Positions 35,807 through 45,670 of a stretch of 64,000 nucleotides of DNA are shown here, piece after piece. The first letter of the stretch is position 1. The number at the start of each line of letters is the position of its first letter. The stretch covers positions 5,824,001 through 5,888,000 of the forward strand of contig CBDCJH010000002.1 of NCBI GenBank assembly GCA_965217775.1, in the 5' to 3' direction. The notes beneath the pieces are model-generated. The model was not told the origin of the DNA and ran no database searches. It was given only the letters and a program-made list of their open reading frames with translations. This DNA comes from Acidobacteriota bacterium. Lineage in GTDB: Bacteria > Acidobacteriota > UBA6911 > RPQK01 > JAJDTT01. Position numbers and translations under genes: made by a program.

Positions 35807-38215
35807 CTAACGGTTCCTGGATGAACGTCGAGAGCGGGAACTGCCCCCGGAAGACCCGGACCGTTTTGGCGCAGACCGCACCTTGGAGCTGGATGGCCTG
35901 CTTCTCGACGGCGCCGGAGCGCGATACGAGGGAGTCGACCTGGGTGAAGGCCGCGATCGCACCGCAGGACGAGAGCTGGACCGTGACGAGGACCGGACCG
36001 CCGGACGCGAGACTGTCCGCTGGGAAGATGGTCTCGACCGCCTCGAGCTGGAGACGGAGGGCCTTGACTGGTTGCGGGGGGTTCGTTTGGTGACGGACCC
36101 TCTCGATCCGGACGAGGACCGGGAAATACTTCGGCTCGAAGAAGAGGGTCGAGACGATCGCTGGGTCCGGGTCGGGGTGCGTGTGACGCTGGCGCCGGAC
36201 CGCCCGCTCGACCGGGAATTGGAGCGTTGACGGGTGAGCGATCGGCTGGACCCGGTTCGATTGGGACGGCTGACGTTGGATGGCCGGGAGGGTGCCCGAA
36301 CGCGAGAGCTCCCGGAGCGGGAGACGGAGGGCGTCGACGGGCTACGCCTGGTTTGTTTGGTGACGGACTTGCTCGATCCGGACGAGGACCGGGAAATACT
36401 TCGGCTCGAAGAAGAGGATCGGGAAGATTGGGGGGTCCGGGTCGGGGTACGGATGACGTTCGCGCCGGACCGCCCGCTTGACCGGGAATTGGACCGCTGG
36501 CGGATGAATGATGGGCTGGACCCGGTTCGATTGGGACGGCTGACGTTGGATGGCCGGGAGGGTGCCCGAACGCGAGAGTTCCCGGAGCGGGAGACGGAGG
36601 GCGTCGACGGGCTACGGCTGCTGCGTTTGGTGACGGATTCCCTCGATCCGGACGAAGGCCGGGAAATACTCCGGCTCGAAGTCGAGGAACGGGCCGGCTG
36701 CGAGGCCTGGGTGCGGGAACGGCTCAGGCTCTCCCGGGACGCGCCTTGTTGCCGGGAATCGGACCGTTGGCGCGTAATCGTTCGGATGGATCCGGTTCGA
36801 TCGGCACGGTTGACGGTCGATCGCCGGGAGGCGGTCCCGACCCGAGAGTCGCCGGAGCCCCTCCGGGTGACGGTGGAGCGCCGGGAGCCGCCTTCCACGA
36901 CTCGATCCCGAGTGCGGCCGGTGGATTGGGATGCCAACCTGGAGGAACGGACACCGCTTCTCGAAGAAACGGAGTTTCGACCCCTCACCCGGGGACGGCG
37001 GAGTTCCCTGGGGAGGCCCTCCCGGAATTTACCCACGATGGCGTTGGAGGCCACGACTCGCGTCCTGGTGGGTCCTCTTCCCAGATCGCGCCCATGAACG
37101 ACGGTCAGCCCGTTGGAACGGTCCCGCGGGTTCCAATTCCGGAAAATGTTGTTCTGAACGACGACGGTCGTGTTGCCGCGCCCCCGGCGGCCCCTTCCGT
37201 AGTAGCCTCTGGGCGACCAGCCGACGTAACCATTTCCCCAGTAGAAGTCGACGTGAGCCGGATGCCACCGGTTGAACCCCCCGGGCACCCAGGCCCAACG
37301 GGCCCTCGGCCGGTAATAGATCCAGCGCCCGTAATGGTAGGGAAGCCAACCCCAGGGCTCATAGCTGACCCAGGTCCACCCGCCGGCGAGGTACCCCCAC
37401 CGACCGTGGCGAAACGGCGCCCATCCCACCGAAACGGTGGGCACCCAGACGTGTCCGTGGGAGCCGTAGTTATACCAGTGGCCATGATGGTCCAGCGAAT
37501 GGACTCCCGCGTAGTCGACACCCCCCAGGTAGCCGGTGGAACGACTGCTCACCAGAAGGGCGTCGCGGCGCCCGCTCCAGAGCTCGAAATCGTCCAGATC
37601 CCGAACCAGCGCCTGGATTCCGCTCTGCTGTGCGTCCAGAAGCAACTCTTGTCCGGTTTCCACCTTCACCTTCCCGCGCGGGCTGGTGACTTCCGCCCGG
37701 CCCTTGTGGACCACCAGGCGCATGGTACCGCCGGGATCGACCTGGATTCGGTAGAGTCCTTTCTTTCGAAAGCTCACCGAGGCCAAATCCGTCTCCGCAT
37801 GGACCCGACCACCCTTGTTCACACGGAGGATCAGATCACCCTGGTGAATCTTCAGGATGTTCTCTTTTTGGGACAGCTCCGAGAAGAAGACGTCGGTCTC
37901 TCCGGAGATTCGGACGAAGTTGCCGTCCCCCAACTCCACCTCGATCCGGGAATCGGGGTGGGCGACGATCCGGTCGCCGCTGACCAGGGGAAGATTGAGG
38001 GTCACCTCGCTCCAGTCCACGTCACCCGAAGACTCGTAGGCGGCGCGGCCGTCCATGAAGCTGACCCGGGCCGGATGTTCCCGGCCGGCCGAAACCCACG
38101 TGGTGGAAAATCCCGTCATCAGGATAAGGAGCGCGGCCAGCGGAGTCAGTCGCTCCCCCCGCCACGCTTTCGAGTTTCCGGAACTGCCTGCTGGGATTGG
38201 TTTTGCTGTGTTCAT
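35807..38215 (-). CDS. secreted FecR + DUF6600-type protein with long Ser/Arg-rich tail
   Basis: Signal peptide, ARVSFMDG, NLPLVSGDRI, WAPFRHGRW...WVSYEPWGWLPYHYGRW; ~390-aa low-complexity tail. Confidence 0.85.
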   Translation of the reverse strand: MNTAKPIPAGSSGNSKAWRGERLTPLAALLILMTGFSTTWVSAGREHPARVSFMDGRAAYESSGDVDWSEVTLNLPLVSGDRIVAHPDSRIEVELGDGNFVRISGETDVFFSELSQKENILKIHQGDLILRVNKGGRVHAETDLASVSFRKKGLYRIQVDPGGTMRLVVHKGRAEVTSPRGKVKVETGQELLLDAQQSGIQALVRDLDDFELWSGRRDALLVSSRSTGYLGGVDYAGVHSLDHHGHWYNYGSHGHVWVPTVSVGWAPFRHGRWGYLAGGWTWVSYEPWGWLPYHYGRWIYYRPRARWAWVPGGFNRWHPAHVDFYWGNGYVGWSPRGYYGRGRRGRGNTTVVVQNNIFRNWNPRDRSNGLTVVHGRDLGRGPTRTRVVASNAIVGKFREGLPRELRRPRVRGRNSVSSRSGVRSSRLASQSTGRTRDRVVEGGSRRSTVTRRGSGDSRVGTASRRSTVNRADRTGSIRTITRQRSDSRQQGASRESLSRSRTQASQPARSSTSSRSISRPSSGSRESVTKRSSRSPSTPSVSRSGNSRVRAPSRPSNVSRPNRTGSSPSFIRQRSNSRSSGRSGANVIRTPTRTPQSSRSSSSSRSISRSSSGSSKSVTKQTRRSPSTPSVSRSGSSRVRAPSRPSNVSRPNRTGSSRSLTRQRSNSRSSGRSGASVTRTPTRTQRSSRPSSSSRSISRSSSGSRGSVTKRTPRNQSRPSVSSSRRSRPSSQRTVSRPAVRSSSRSSSRPAVRSRPSPRSTPSYRAPAPSRSRPSSSKVRSAPKRSGSSGGSSRSRRSSRNR
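36084..36690 (-). repeat. 270-bp intragenic tandem repeat (~2.3 copies)
   Basis: GTTTGGTGACGGA...CTCGATCCGGACGA recurs near 36085, 36355 and 36625. Confidence 0.85.
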
Positions 38216-38312
38216 GATGGCCTCACATCATACAGACGGAGTGCATCGCTGCTCGGTTCAATTGACCGGTGCAGTATCTTGGCGGCCAGCATCATTGTGC
38301 CATGTCGGAAAC

Positions 38313-38345
38313 GAAAACGGGCAACCACCGGGGTTGCCCGTTTTC
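38313..38345 (-). terminator. intrinsic terminator after second FecR/DUF6600-type gene
   Basis: GAAAACGGGCAACC-ACCGG-GGTTGCCCGTTTTC; on the minus strand the stem is followed by TTTTCGTTT. Confidence 0.7.
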
Positions 38346-38396
38346 TCCTGTCTTGTTGTCGCCACGCATCACCGCGCGTTCCGGACCAGTCCTGAA

Positions 38397-40129
38397 TCAG
38401 TTCCGGCTGCGGGAGGTGCTCCGAGAGCGGGACCCGCCTCCGGAAGATCCGGATTGCCTGGGAGGGGACTGTACCCGAGGGCTGGGAGAACGCCTGACCG
38501 ATGGAGCCGGAGAACGATACGTGGGAGTCGTCCTTTGCATCGACGGATACGGCGTCCGGGAAACAGATCGCGAAGAGGATCGGACCGACGGACTTGTAAA
38601 TGTCGGCGAGGAAGATGGCCTCGATCGTCTTGAACTCCAGACGGATGGCCTGGACGCGTTGCGACTGCTGCGGGTGGCGAAGGACCCTCTGGAGGCGGGC
38701 GAACTGCGAGACAAGCTACGGCTCGACGACCTTGACCGGAAGGACTGCTGCGCCCGGGTCCGAGTGCCGTCGGTTCCACTTCTGGCGACGCTGGAACGTC
38801 GAGAGCCGCCTTGCAGGACTCCCTCCCGAGAAATCCCGGAGGGTCGGGATGCCAATCTGGAGGAGCGGACGTCACTTCTCGAAAATGCGGAGTTTCGGTT
38901 CATACACGAGAACGCCGGAGTTCTCGGGGTAAACCTTGCCGGAGACCGCCCACGATGGCGCCGGAGGCCAAGACACGAGTCCTCGTTGGTTCTCTGCCCA
39001 AGTCGTTCCGGTTTACGACGGTCAGGCCGTTGGAACGATCCCGCGGATTCCAATTCCGTAAAGTATTGTTTTGGGCCACCGTGGTCGGATTTGCGCCTCC
39101 GATGCCCCTCCCGTAGTAGCCTCGAGGCGCCCAGCCGAAGTAGTCGCCACCCCAATAGAAGTCCACAAGAGCCGGCCGCCATCGGTTGAACCCACCCGGC
39201 ACCCATGCCCAACGGCCCATGGGCCCGTAATGGATCCAGCGTCCGTAGTGGTAGGGGAGCCAACCCCAGGGCTCATGGCTCACCCACGTCAGTCCAGAAG
39301 AGAGGTAACACCACCGTCCGTATCGGAACGGAGCCCATCCCACCGAGGCGTCGGGCACCCAAACGTGGCCGAAACTGCCCGCTTGGACCCAGTCGCCATG
39401 CTGGTCCAGCGTCTGGACTCCCGGGAAGTCGACGCCTCCCAGGTACCCGGCGGAAAGGCTGCTGACCATCACGGCGTCTCGCCGTCCACTCCAGAGCTCG
39501 AATTCGTCGAGTTCCCGAACCAGCGCCTGGATTCCGAGGTGGCGTGCATCAAGAAGCAACTGTTGCCCCGTCTCCACTCGTTCCTTCCCATGCCGGCTGC
39601 TGACTTCCGCCCGGCCCTTGTGGACCACCAGGCGGATCGAGCCGTCTGGATCGATCTGGATTCGGTAAAGTCCCTTTTTGCGAATCTTGACCGAAGCCTG
39701 GTCCAAGTCGACCTGGATCCGGCTGGCGTCGGCCACTCGCAGAATCAGGTCGCCCTCGTGAAGCTTCAGGATCGTCTTTTTTGGGGACAGTTCAGGGAAG
39801 AGGACATCGGTCTCCCCGAAGATTCGGACGAAGTTTCCATCCCCCAACTCCACCTCGATCCGCGAGTCGGGGTGGCCCATGATCCGGTCGCCGCTGACCA
39901 GGGGTAGATTGAGCGTCACCTCGTTCCAGTCCACGTCACCGGCAGTCTCGTAGGCGGCGCGTCCGTCCATGAAGCTGACCCGGGCCGGATGCTCCCGGCC
40001 GGCCGAAACCCAGGTGGCGGAAAATCCCGTAATCAGGGTAACGAACGCGCACAACAGAGCCGTTCGGCTCCACCGTCGCGTCCTTAAGTGTATGGAATTG
40101 CCTGTGGGAACTGGGGGTGAGATTCTCAT
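38397..40129 (-). pseudogene. tandem paralog of FecR/DUF6600-type gene with 1-nt frameshift near 38903
   Basis: 38900..40129 aligns with the paralog up to RELRRSRV; the tail (RNSAFSRSDVRSSRLAS) continues in another frame to 38397. Confidence 0.82.
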
Positions 40130-40218
40130 GATTGCCTCCCATTATACAGACGTGGACAATCCTTGCCCGGTTCAATTTCCAAATAAAGTTTTCGATCGAG
40201 TTTCCCTGACCGGTCTCC

Positions 40219-41337
40219 TCAGCGTGTGAGTTCGTAGGTCCCCTTCAAATTCGTGTCATCCTGGAACAGTTCGATCCATTCACCCGAAACCAGATTCGAC
40301 TCGAATGAGAATTGGTCGTGTCCCATCGACATGGTCACCTCTTCTTTTTCTTTGAAGAAGGGGTCGTCGAGAATGGTGAAGGCAAGCCGCAGGTAGCCAT
40401 CCTCCAGTTCGCCGTTGACCAGGCTGAACTCAGGATCTTCGAAAGCCACGTCGTTAACTGCCGAGATCACCATGTAACCGCGAATGAACGAGCCCTCAGT
40501 CCAGAGGGCAAGTTCTCCCGTGGCGTAGGTTTCATCGACCTCAAGACGAACCGAATAGGTGACGGGGGCTGGGTCCAGTGGAAGACTTGAGAACTGTCCG
40601 CCTGAGAAGGTGAGGGCCGTCCCGAAGATGGGAAAGTCGGAAGCGATCTCGACCTTGCCTCCTGCCAGCGTCTGACCCGGAAAGTGCTCATGGAGGTATT
40701 TGGCCAAGTGAGAAAGTGGACCTAGTGTAATGATCTTCTTGGGCCCCAACGGGTCGCCGTCTCCCGAGAAGAGGGAGAGTTCGACCCTGGCCCTTTTCTC
40801 TCCGCTCAAGTCGCCGTTCGCGAGGGCGAGGGCGGTTTCCGTAAATTTCTCGAAGGGAATGGAAGCCCGGTAGAACTCCTTGGACGGGGCAATGCCCACG
40901 CTGTCGCTCACCTGGCCGTTTCTGAGCACGAGATAGGTTAGATTTGTCTCGATGAGATTTTCCAGCGATAGATCTTCGAAATTGTCTGGCGATAGATCTT
41001 CGGAGAGCAGGATGGCGGCCCCAGTCTCCAGTTGGGACCCGGTCAGTCGAAGCGTGACCGTGGCCTGCGGTTGGATTTCTACTCCGTATACCCCGTTTTC
41101 CACGGCGACGCCGTTGACCGCTGGGTTCCATACCACGCTCTCATAGTTCACGGTTCGGAACAGGACCAGCGTCCCGAAATAGGAGTGTGTTCCCCGGTTG
41201 GTGAGATTAATGGTCGTCTCGTATCCACCTCCCACCACGACTTGTCCAAACGCGGCGTCCTTCTTGGGGTAGAAGTTCTGCGCCGAGGCGACTGCCGTGA
41301 AGGCGAGCCAGACCAGTACGAATCGTTTTGTTTGCAT
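40219..41337 (-). CDS. secreted hypothetical protein
   Basis: GGAGG RBS; signal MQTKRFVLVWLAFTAVASA; FGQVVVGGGYETTINLTN and TALALAN beta-sandwich motifs. Confidence 0.8.
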   Translation of the reverse strand: MQTKRFVLVWLAFTAVASAQNFYPKKDAAFGQVVVGGGYETTINLTNRGTHSYFGTLVLFRTVNYESVVWNPAVNGVAVENGVYGVEIQPQATVTLRLTGSQLETGAAILLSEDLSPDNFEDLSLENLIETNLTYLVLRNGQVSDSVGIAPSKEFYRASIPFEKFTETALALANGDLSGEKRARVELSLFSGDGDPLGPKKIITLGPLSHLAKYLHEHFPGQTLAGGKVEIASDFPIFGTALTFSGGQFSSLPLDPAPVTYSVRLEVDETYATGELALWTEGSFIRGYMVISAVNDVAFEDPEFSLVNGELEDGYLRLAFTILDDPFFKEKEEVTMSMGHDQFSFESNLVSGEWIELFQDDTNLKGTYELTR

Positions 41338-41413
41338 CTCTGTTCCTCCAGTCTTCACGCTGTTGTTGACGGAACCGGAGGAACAAAGGTTCGATTTCCT
41401 GTAAGGGAGACGA

Positions 41414-42460
41414 TCAATACCCGGCCACTTTGTCGACGACGTGCCGGAGGGGCCGTCCAGTGACAAACCGTTCAATGTTGTCCCGGATCAGATTGATGAG
41501 TCGTTCACCCGACCGGTCGGAGCGGGTCGCCACGTGGGGTGTGATGATGACGTTGTTCATTTTCCAAAGGGGATGGTCGGCGGGCAGCGGTTCCGGATCG
41601 GTGACGTCCAGACCGGCGGCCCGTACCTTGCCCGATCGCAGCGCCGCCACCAGCGCCTCGGTCTGGATCACCTTTCCCCGGGAAACGTTCACTACGTAAA
41701 CGCCCTCCTTCATGGCAGCGAACTCTTCGGCCCCCAGCATCCCTTCCGAAGCGGGCGTGTGGGGCACGCAGCTCACGACTACGTCGGCCTCCGGCAGAAA
41801 TCGGTGCAACTGGTCCGGCACCACCACTTCCTCCACGTTCCGGCTCAACGGGATGTCCTTGGGGTCGACGCCCAGCACTCGCATGCCGAACGCCGCGGCG
41901 CGTTGGGCCACCTGGGAACCGATACCGCCGAGTCCGATGATCAGCATGGTCTTGTGACGGAGTTCGATCATGGGCAGCCGGCCCGCCCCACGCTTCCAGG
42001 TTCCGCTTTCCATTTCCCGGTCGTACTGTTTCAGATTCCGGGTGAGCATGAGCAACAGGGCGAAGACATGGTCGGCGATCTCCGGCCCCATCATGATCTT
42101 GGCGTTGGTCAAGGTGATCTGGCTGTCCCTCAGTTCGGCCAAGTGGACGATCCTTTCCACCCCGGCGCTGGTGCTGTGCACCCATCTCAACTTCTTGCCG
42201 TGGCGCAAGATCTTCCGGCCCTTGTCACCATAGGGCAGGCCGATGATCGCATCGCAGTCGCCGATGACGTCGGCGAATTCACCGCGGCCGGGCGTCACCA
42301 ACTCCAGGTCGGGCAGTTTCTTCTCCAGGTCCGCCAATTGTTGCTTCTGGCCGGGCGAAACCAGGACCTTCACGGTCGATGCAAGCCCCAGGCTCTGGCT
42401 CTGGACGAATATCCAGAGCAAGCACCCGACCATCGTCTGAATTCCAAAAACGGGTTTCAT
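41414..42460 (-). CDS. D-2-hydroxyacid dehydrogenase with signal-like N-terminus
   Basis: GLGGIG, VNVSRG, GLDVTDPEPL and ITPHVA motifs. Confidence 0.92.
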   Translation of the reverse strand: MKPVFGIQTMVGCLLWIFVQSQSLGLASTVKVLVSPGQKQQLADLEKKLPDLELVTPGRGEFADVIGDCDAIIGLPYGDKGRKILRHGKKLRWVHSTSAGVERIVHLAELRDSQITLTNAKIMMGPEIADHVFALLLMLTRNLKQYDREMESGTWKRGAGRLPMIELRHKTMLIIGLGGIGSQVAQRAAAFGMRVLGVDPKDIPLSRNVEEVVVPDQLHRFLPEADVVVSCVPHTPASEGMLGAEEFAAMKEGVYVVNVSRGKVIQTEALVAALRSGKVRAAGLDVTDPEPLPADHPLWKMNNVIITPHVATRSDRSGERLINLIRDNIERFVTGRPLRHVVDKVAGY

Positions 42461-42557
42461 AGCTGTCTCCTAGTTTGGATCAAGGTCAAAAACCGATGCC
42501 AAGTCGGGACACTGAAGATATTTTGAGGGATTATAAACTTGACTACACTCCGTTCCG

Positions 42558-43634
42558 TCATCTCCCCTCCAGGCACTTGAGAACGTCCAGCGGGTCCACT
42601 CCGCGATCCTTCAATTCCCATCCCAAATCGTAGAGGATCCCAAGAGTGACAGGTCCGGGCTCGTGGGTGGCGACACCAAGCGAAGACCAGGGAGTCATCA
42701 GTTCATTTGGGCTTCCTTCGGGGTAGGCATCTTCGTCCAGGTGAGATACTGAACTTCCAGATGAATACTCCTCCGGAGACCAGATCATCACGGGTCCCCC
42801 GTTAGCCTCCACACCCTTCAGATCAACCCCATGGAGCCCGCGGGCGTACTTCTTCCCCCACAACAGACGGTTTCCAGTGATGGCGTCGTGGAGTTCCGTT
42901 GATGGGTTTTCGAGTTCGTCTTCGTCGAGCCAACCGTGTTCTCGGGTTCTAAGGAAGAAGTCGAAATAGGTCATTTCATTCCCATCTTCAGAAGCCGAAT
43001 ACCCGGCCACATCTGTTCCATTATTCTCCTCGGTGAAATAGACAGAAGTGATACCGAGGCCATGGCCGATCTCGTGCAGGATCACCGAGATGAAATCGTA
43101 GGAGTCGCCATAGGGATCCCTATCCAGCCCGAAGTACCATTCCGCTGTATTGGACACAGTGATCTCCATGTCGACTTGCCCAGTGAACCAATCCTTGCCG
43201 TCCAGTTGATTCGCCAAGCTGGACGACCAACAAAGATTGTCCGTGTCGCATACAAAATATTCAGAAGCCTGAGCAAGAGGGCCTGGGTCATCTTCTTCCG
43301 AAAGATCTTCCCAGGACGCTTCTATCCTGATGGGAATGTTGATCAGCAGGGCGGAATCCCAAATGTTCACTGCGGCTTGAAAGGCGTCTCTCGCGTCTTC
43401 CGGAAAATCGCTGTCGTAGCTGATGATAAAATTCCGGTCGCGATAGGTGTCGAGGTAGAAGGACAACCCCTCAGGCTGCCGAGATCGCTTCTCCCGGCGC
43501 AACTGAATCTGTTGTATTTCCGTGAGAGTGGCTCCAGTGCAGACCGATTTGGTGCCCTCTGCCCTCATGACGTGATGAGTTTCTGTTTGAGGAATGGTCG
43601 TCGAAACGGCAAGAGCAAGTACCAGTAGCTTCAT
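42558..43634 (-). CDS. secreted zinc metallopeptidase-like protein
   Basis: Signal peptide; LHEIGHGLG zinc motif; SVSHLDE...ELMTP; acidic; lower GC than flanks. Confidence 0.8.
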   Translation of the reverse strand: MKLLVLALAVSTTIPQTETHHVMRAEGTKSVCTGATLTEIQQIQLRREKRSRQPEGLSFYLDTYRDRNFIISYDSDFPEDARDAFQAAVNIWDSALLINIPIRIEASWEDLSEEDDPGPLAQASEYFVCDTDNLCWSSSLANQLDGKDWFTGQVDMEITVSNTAEWYFGLDRDPYGDSYDFISVILHEIGHGLGITSVYFTEENNGTDVAGYSASEDGNEMTYFDFFLRTREHGWLDEDELENPSTELHDAITGNRLLWGKKYARGLHGVDLKGVEANGGPVMIWSPEEYSSGSSVSHLDEDAYPEGSPNELMTPWSSLGVATHEPGPVTLGILYDLGWELKDRGVDPLDVLKCLEGR

Positions 43635-44059
43635 TCCGACACCTCCCTGGAAATTTCACTCCATTGGCGGTCGCTCAATAACGACCCGGAGTAGAAGGCA
43701 AGGGCCCATTTGGAATTTCGCATGAGAAGACCTCCAGGAGAGAGGCCCTGGGTCAGAGGAGAAGCGAATTCGGGGATGGAGTACACTCCGTCCGGCCCGT
43801 CACCTTATCCAACCCCGGGCGGCGGTGTAGAGGCCGTTGAGTCTTGGTCGCACTCTCCGGTCTCGAAGATGGACGCGGGCAGCTATCCCCATTCCGAGGC
43901 GGTCCGCCTCCAAAACACCGCGCATTCTCACAGGTTGCCAGTGCCGGGTCAAGGGACCCGATATCATTGTCGTTAGTATGAGAAGTGTCCGGTCCATCAG
44001 AATCGGGGTTAGGATGAGCCTTTTTCCCCACGGAAAGGAGGCGAGGATGGAACCGTATC

Positions 44060-44609
44060 CGCCGCGCGCTGTACGGTGAAGTCGGCGCAAGCGGAAACGG
44101 CGTTTACTCCGGCCGACCGAATCGATCTGGATAAGATTCTCCCGTATCAGGAGTTCCGGGTGGTAACCGCGGATAATACGGTACCGGTGCCGGAATTTAG
44201 AGATCGAATCGCACCAGTTTCGCACCAGCTTGGCGAAGTGTCGGGTGTTGGTCTGCGAGCACTTGGACGAACGCTCGCGTCTGTACTAAGGGACCCATCG
44301 GCTGGGGTGCTGCGACGCGCAGGGCCGGCTGGTGCACGAGGCGGTGGCATGAGGGCGCGGGGGTTCGAGGCGCGTACACCCTGGGAGAGGTCGGGTCACT
44401 CAAAGGGCCGTAGCGAAGCGAAGGAGGCGGTGCCTTGACCCGACCTCTCCCAGGATGTGAAGAGTAGTTATGGCCGAAAGTAAGCTCCCGGCCAGGACTG
44501 ACCGGAAGGGCAACCGATGGTCTCCAAGCAACACGACGATGGGGTCCAATTTTTGCCGACCGGACAGATCACCTGTCAAAAAACTGGACAACTTGACGTG
44601 CAAATGACA
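44060..44609 (+). mobile_element. degenerate IS remnant (IS481/ISNCY-like transposase 3' end and right end)
   Basis: AFTPADRIDLDKIL...RVVTADNTV, then frameshifted AKCRVLVCEHLD...DAQG; terminal CCGGACAGATCAC...CTGGACAACTTGACGTGCAAATGACA ending in ACA. Confidence 0.7.
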
Positions 44610-44674
44610 GCACAATCCCCATACTTTGCGACAGACTGGTCGGGAATCAAACCGGTAACGGAGGTGACAAAGCC

Positions 44675-45631
44675 ATGAAGAAGTGGACGCTACTGCTGGT
44701 ATTGACCGCATTTCCCCATCTGTCCGGCTCCGGGATCATCACCTCTTCGGAGGCGGCGGAGCCCCCGAAAAGGATCAACAAGGCCATCGAGCTGCTGGAG
44801 CGAGGGCAACCCATCTACTACACGGGAGGCCACGGCGGTTACGAGGAGGGGCGCAAGATGGCCCGGACCTGGGCCGACTACATCAACTACGAGATGGAGC
44901 ACGGATCATACGACGTGACTGCGCTCCGGAAGTTCATGCAGGGTCTGGTGGACGGTGGCCCCACGCCCAGCGGCCACCGGACGCCGGCCGTGATCTGCAC
45001 CCTGCCGGTGGGAGGGATCGACGAGGCCACCATGAAGGCCAATTACTGGATGGTTCAGCAGATCCTGGCCACCGGCGCCCACGGGATCCTGCTCTGCCAT
45101 GCCCGCACGCCCGGAGCGGTCCAGGTCCTGGTGCAGGCCGCCCGCTACCCCTTCCACCGCCAGCGTGTGGGAACCGGATTGGAGGAGGGTTTGAGAGGCA
45201 GCGGAGGCCAGGGTTTCGCGAGCCAGATCTGGGGTGTTGACGGGAACCGTTATCTCAAGGTCGCGGACCCCTGGCCTCTGAATCCCCAGGGGGAGATCCT
45301 CCTGGGCCTCAAGGTCGAAGACCGCCACGCTCTGATCAACGCCGAAGCGAGCGTGCAGGTGCCGGGTGTCGGATTCGCCGAGTGGGGGCCCAGCGACATG
45401 GGCTTCTCCTTGCGCTCCACGAAACTCCCGGGCGAGGAGCTGTCCACGCTGCTGCGGAAGGCCCGGCACCGGGTCTTCTCCGCCTGCAAGGCCGCCGGAG
45501 TCGCCTTTCTCAACGGGGTGCGTCCGGAAAACGTGGAAGCCATGATCGACGAAGGGGTCATGATCGGGTCCGGGGGGCAGGAAGCCGCTACGAAGGGCCG
45601 CAAGCACACCAAGCGGAAGATGCCCTGGTGA
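44675..45631 (+). CDS. HpcH/HpaI aldolase-like protein with signal peptide
   Basis: GGAGG RBS; MKKWTLLLVL; YEMEHG, LATGAHGILL, LKVED and EWGPSDM motifs. Confidence 0.82.
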   Translation: MKKWTLLLVLTAFPHLSGSGIITSSEAAEPPKRINKAIELLERGQPIYYTGGHGGYEEGRKMARTWADYINYEMEHGSYDVTALRKFMQGLVDGGPTPSGHRTPAVICTLPVGGIDEATMKANYWMVQQILATGAHGILLCHARTPGAVQVLVQAARYPFHRQRVGTGLEEGLRGSGGQGFASQIWGVDGNRYLKVADPWPLNPQGEILLGLKVEDRHALINAEASVQVPGVGFAEWGPSDMGFSLRSTKLPGEELSTLLRKARHRVFSACKAAGVAFLNGVRPENVEAMIDEGVMIGSGGQEAATKGRKHTKRKMPW

Positions 45632-45670
45632 GTTTCGGACTCACGCGTCTTTGAGTCGACGCAAGTCCGG

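Noticed and set aside
38289-38302. Sigma-54 promoter (TGGCACAATGATGC, minus strand)
   Set aside because: GG-to-GC spacing is one base short of the strict -24/-12 requirement.
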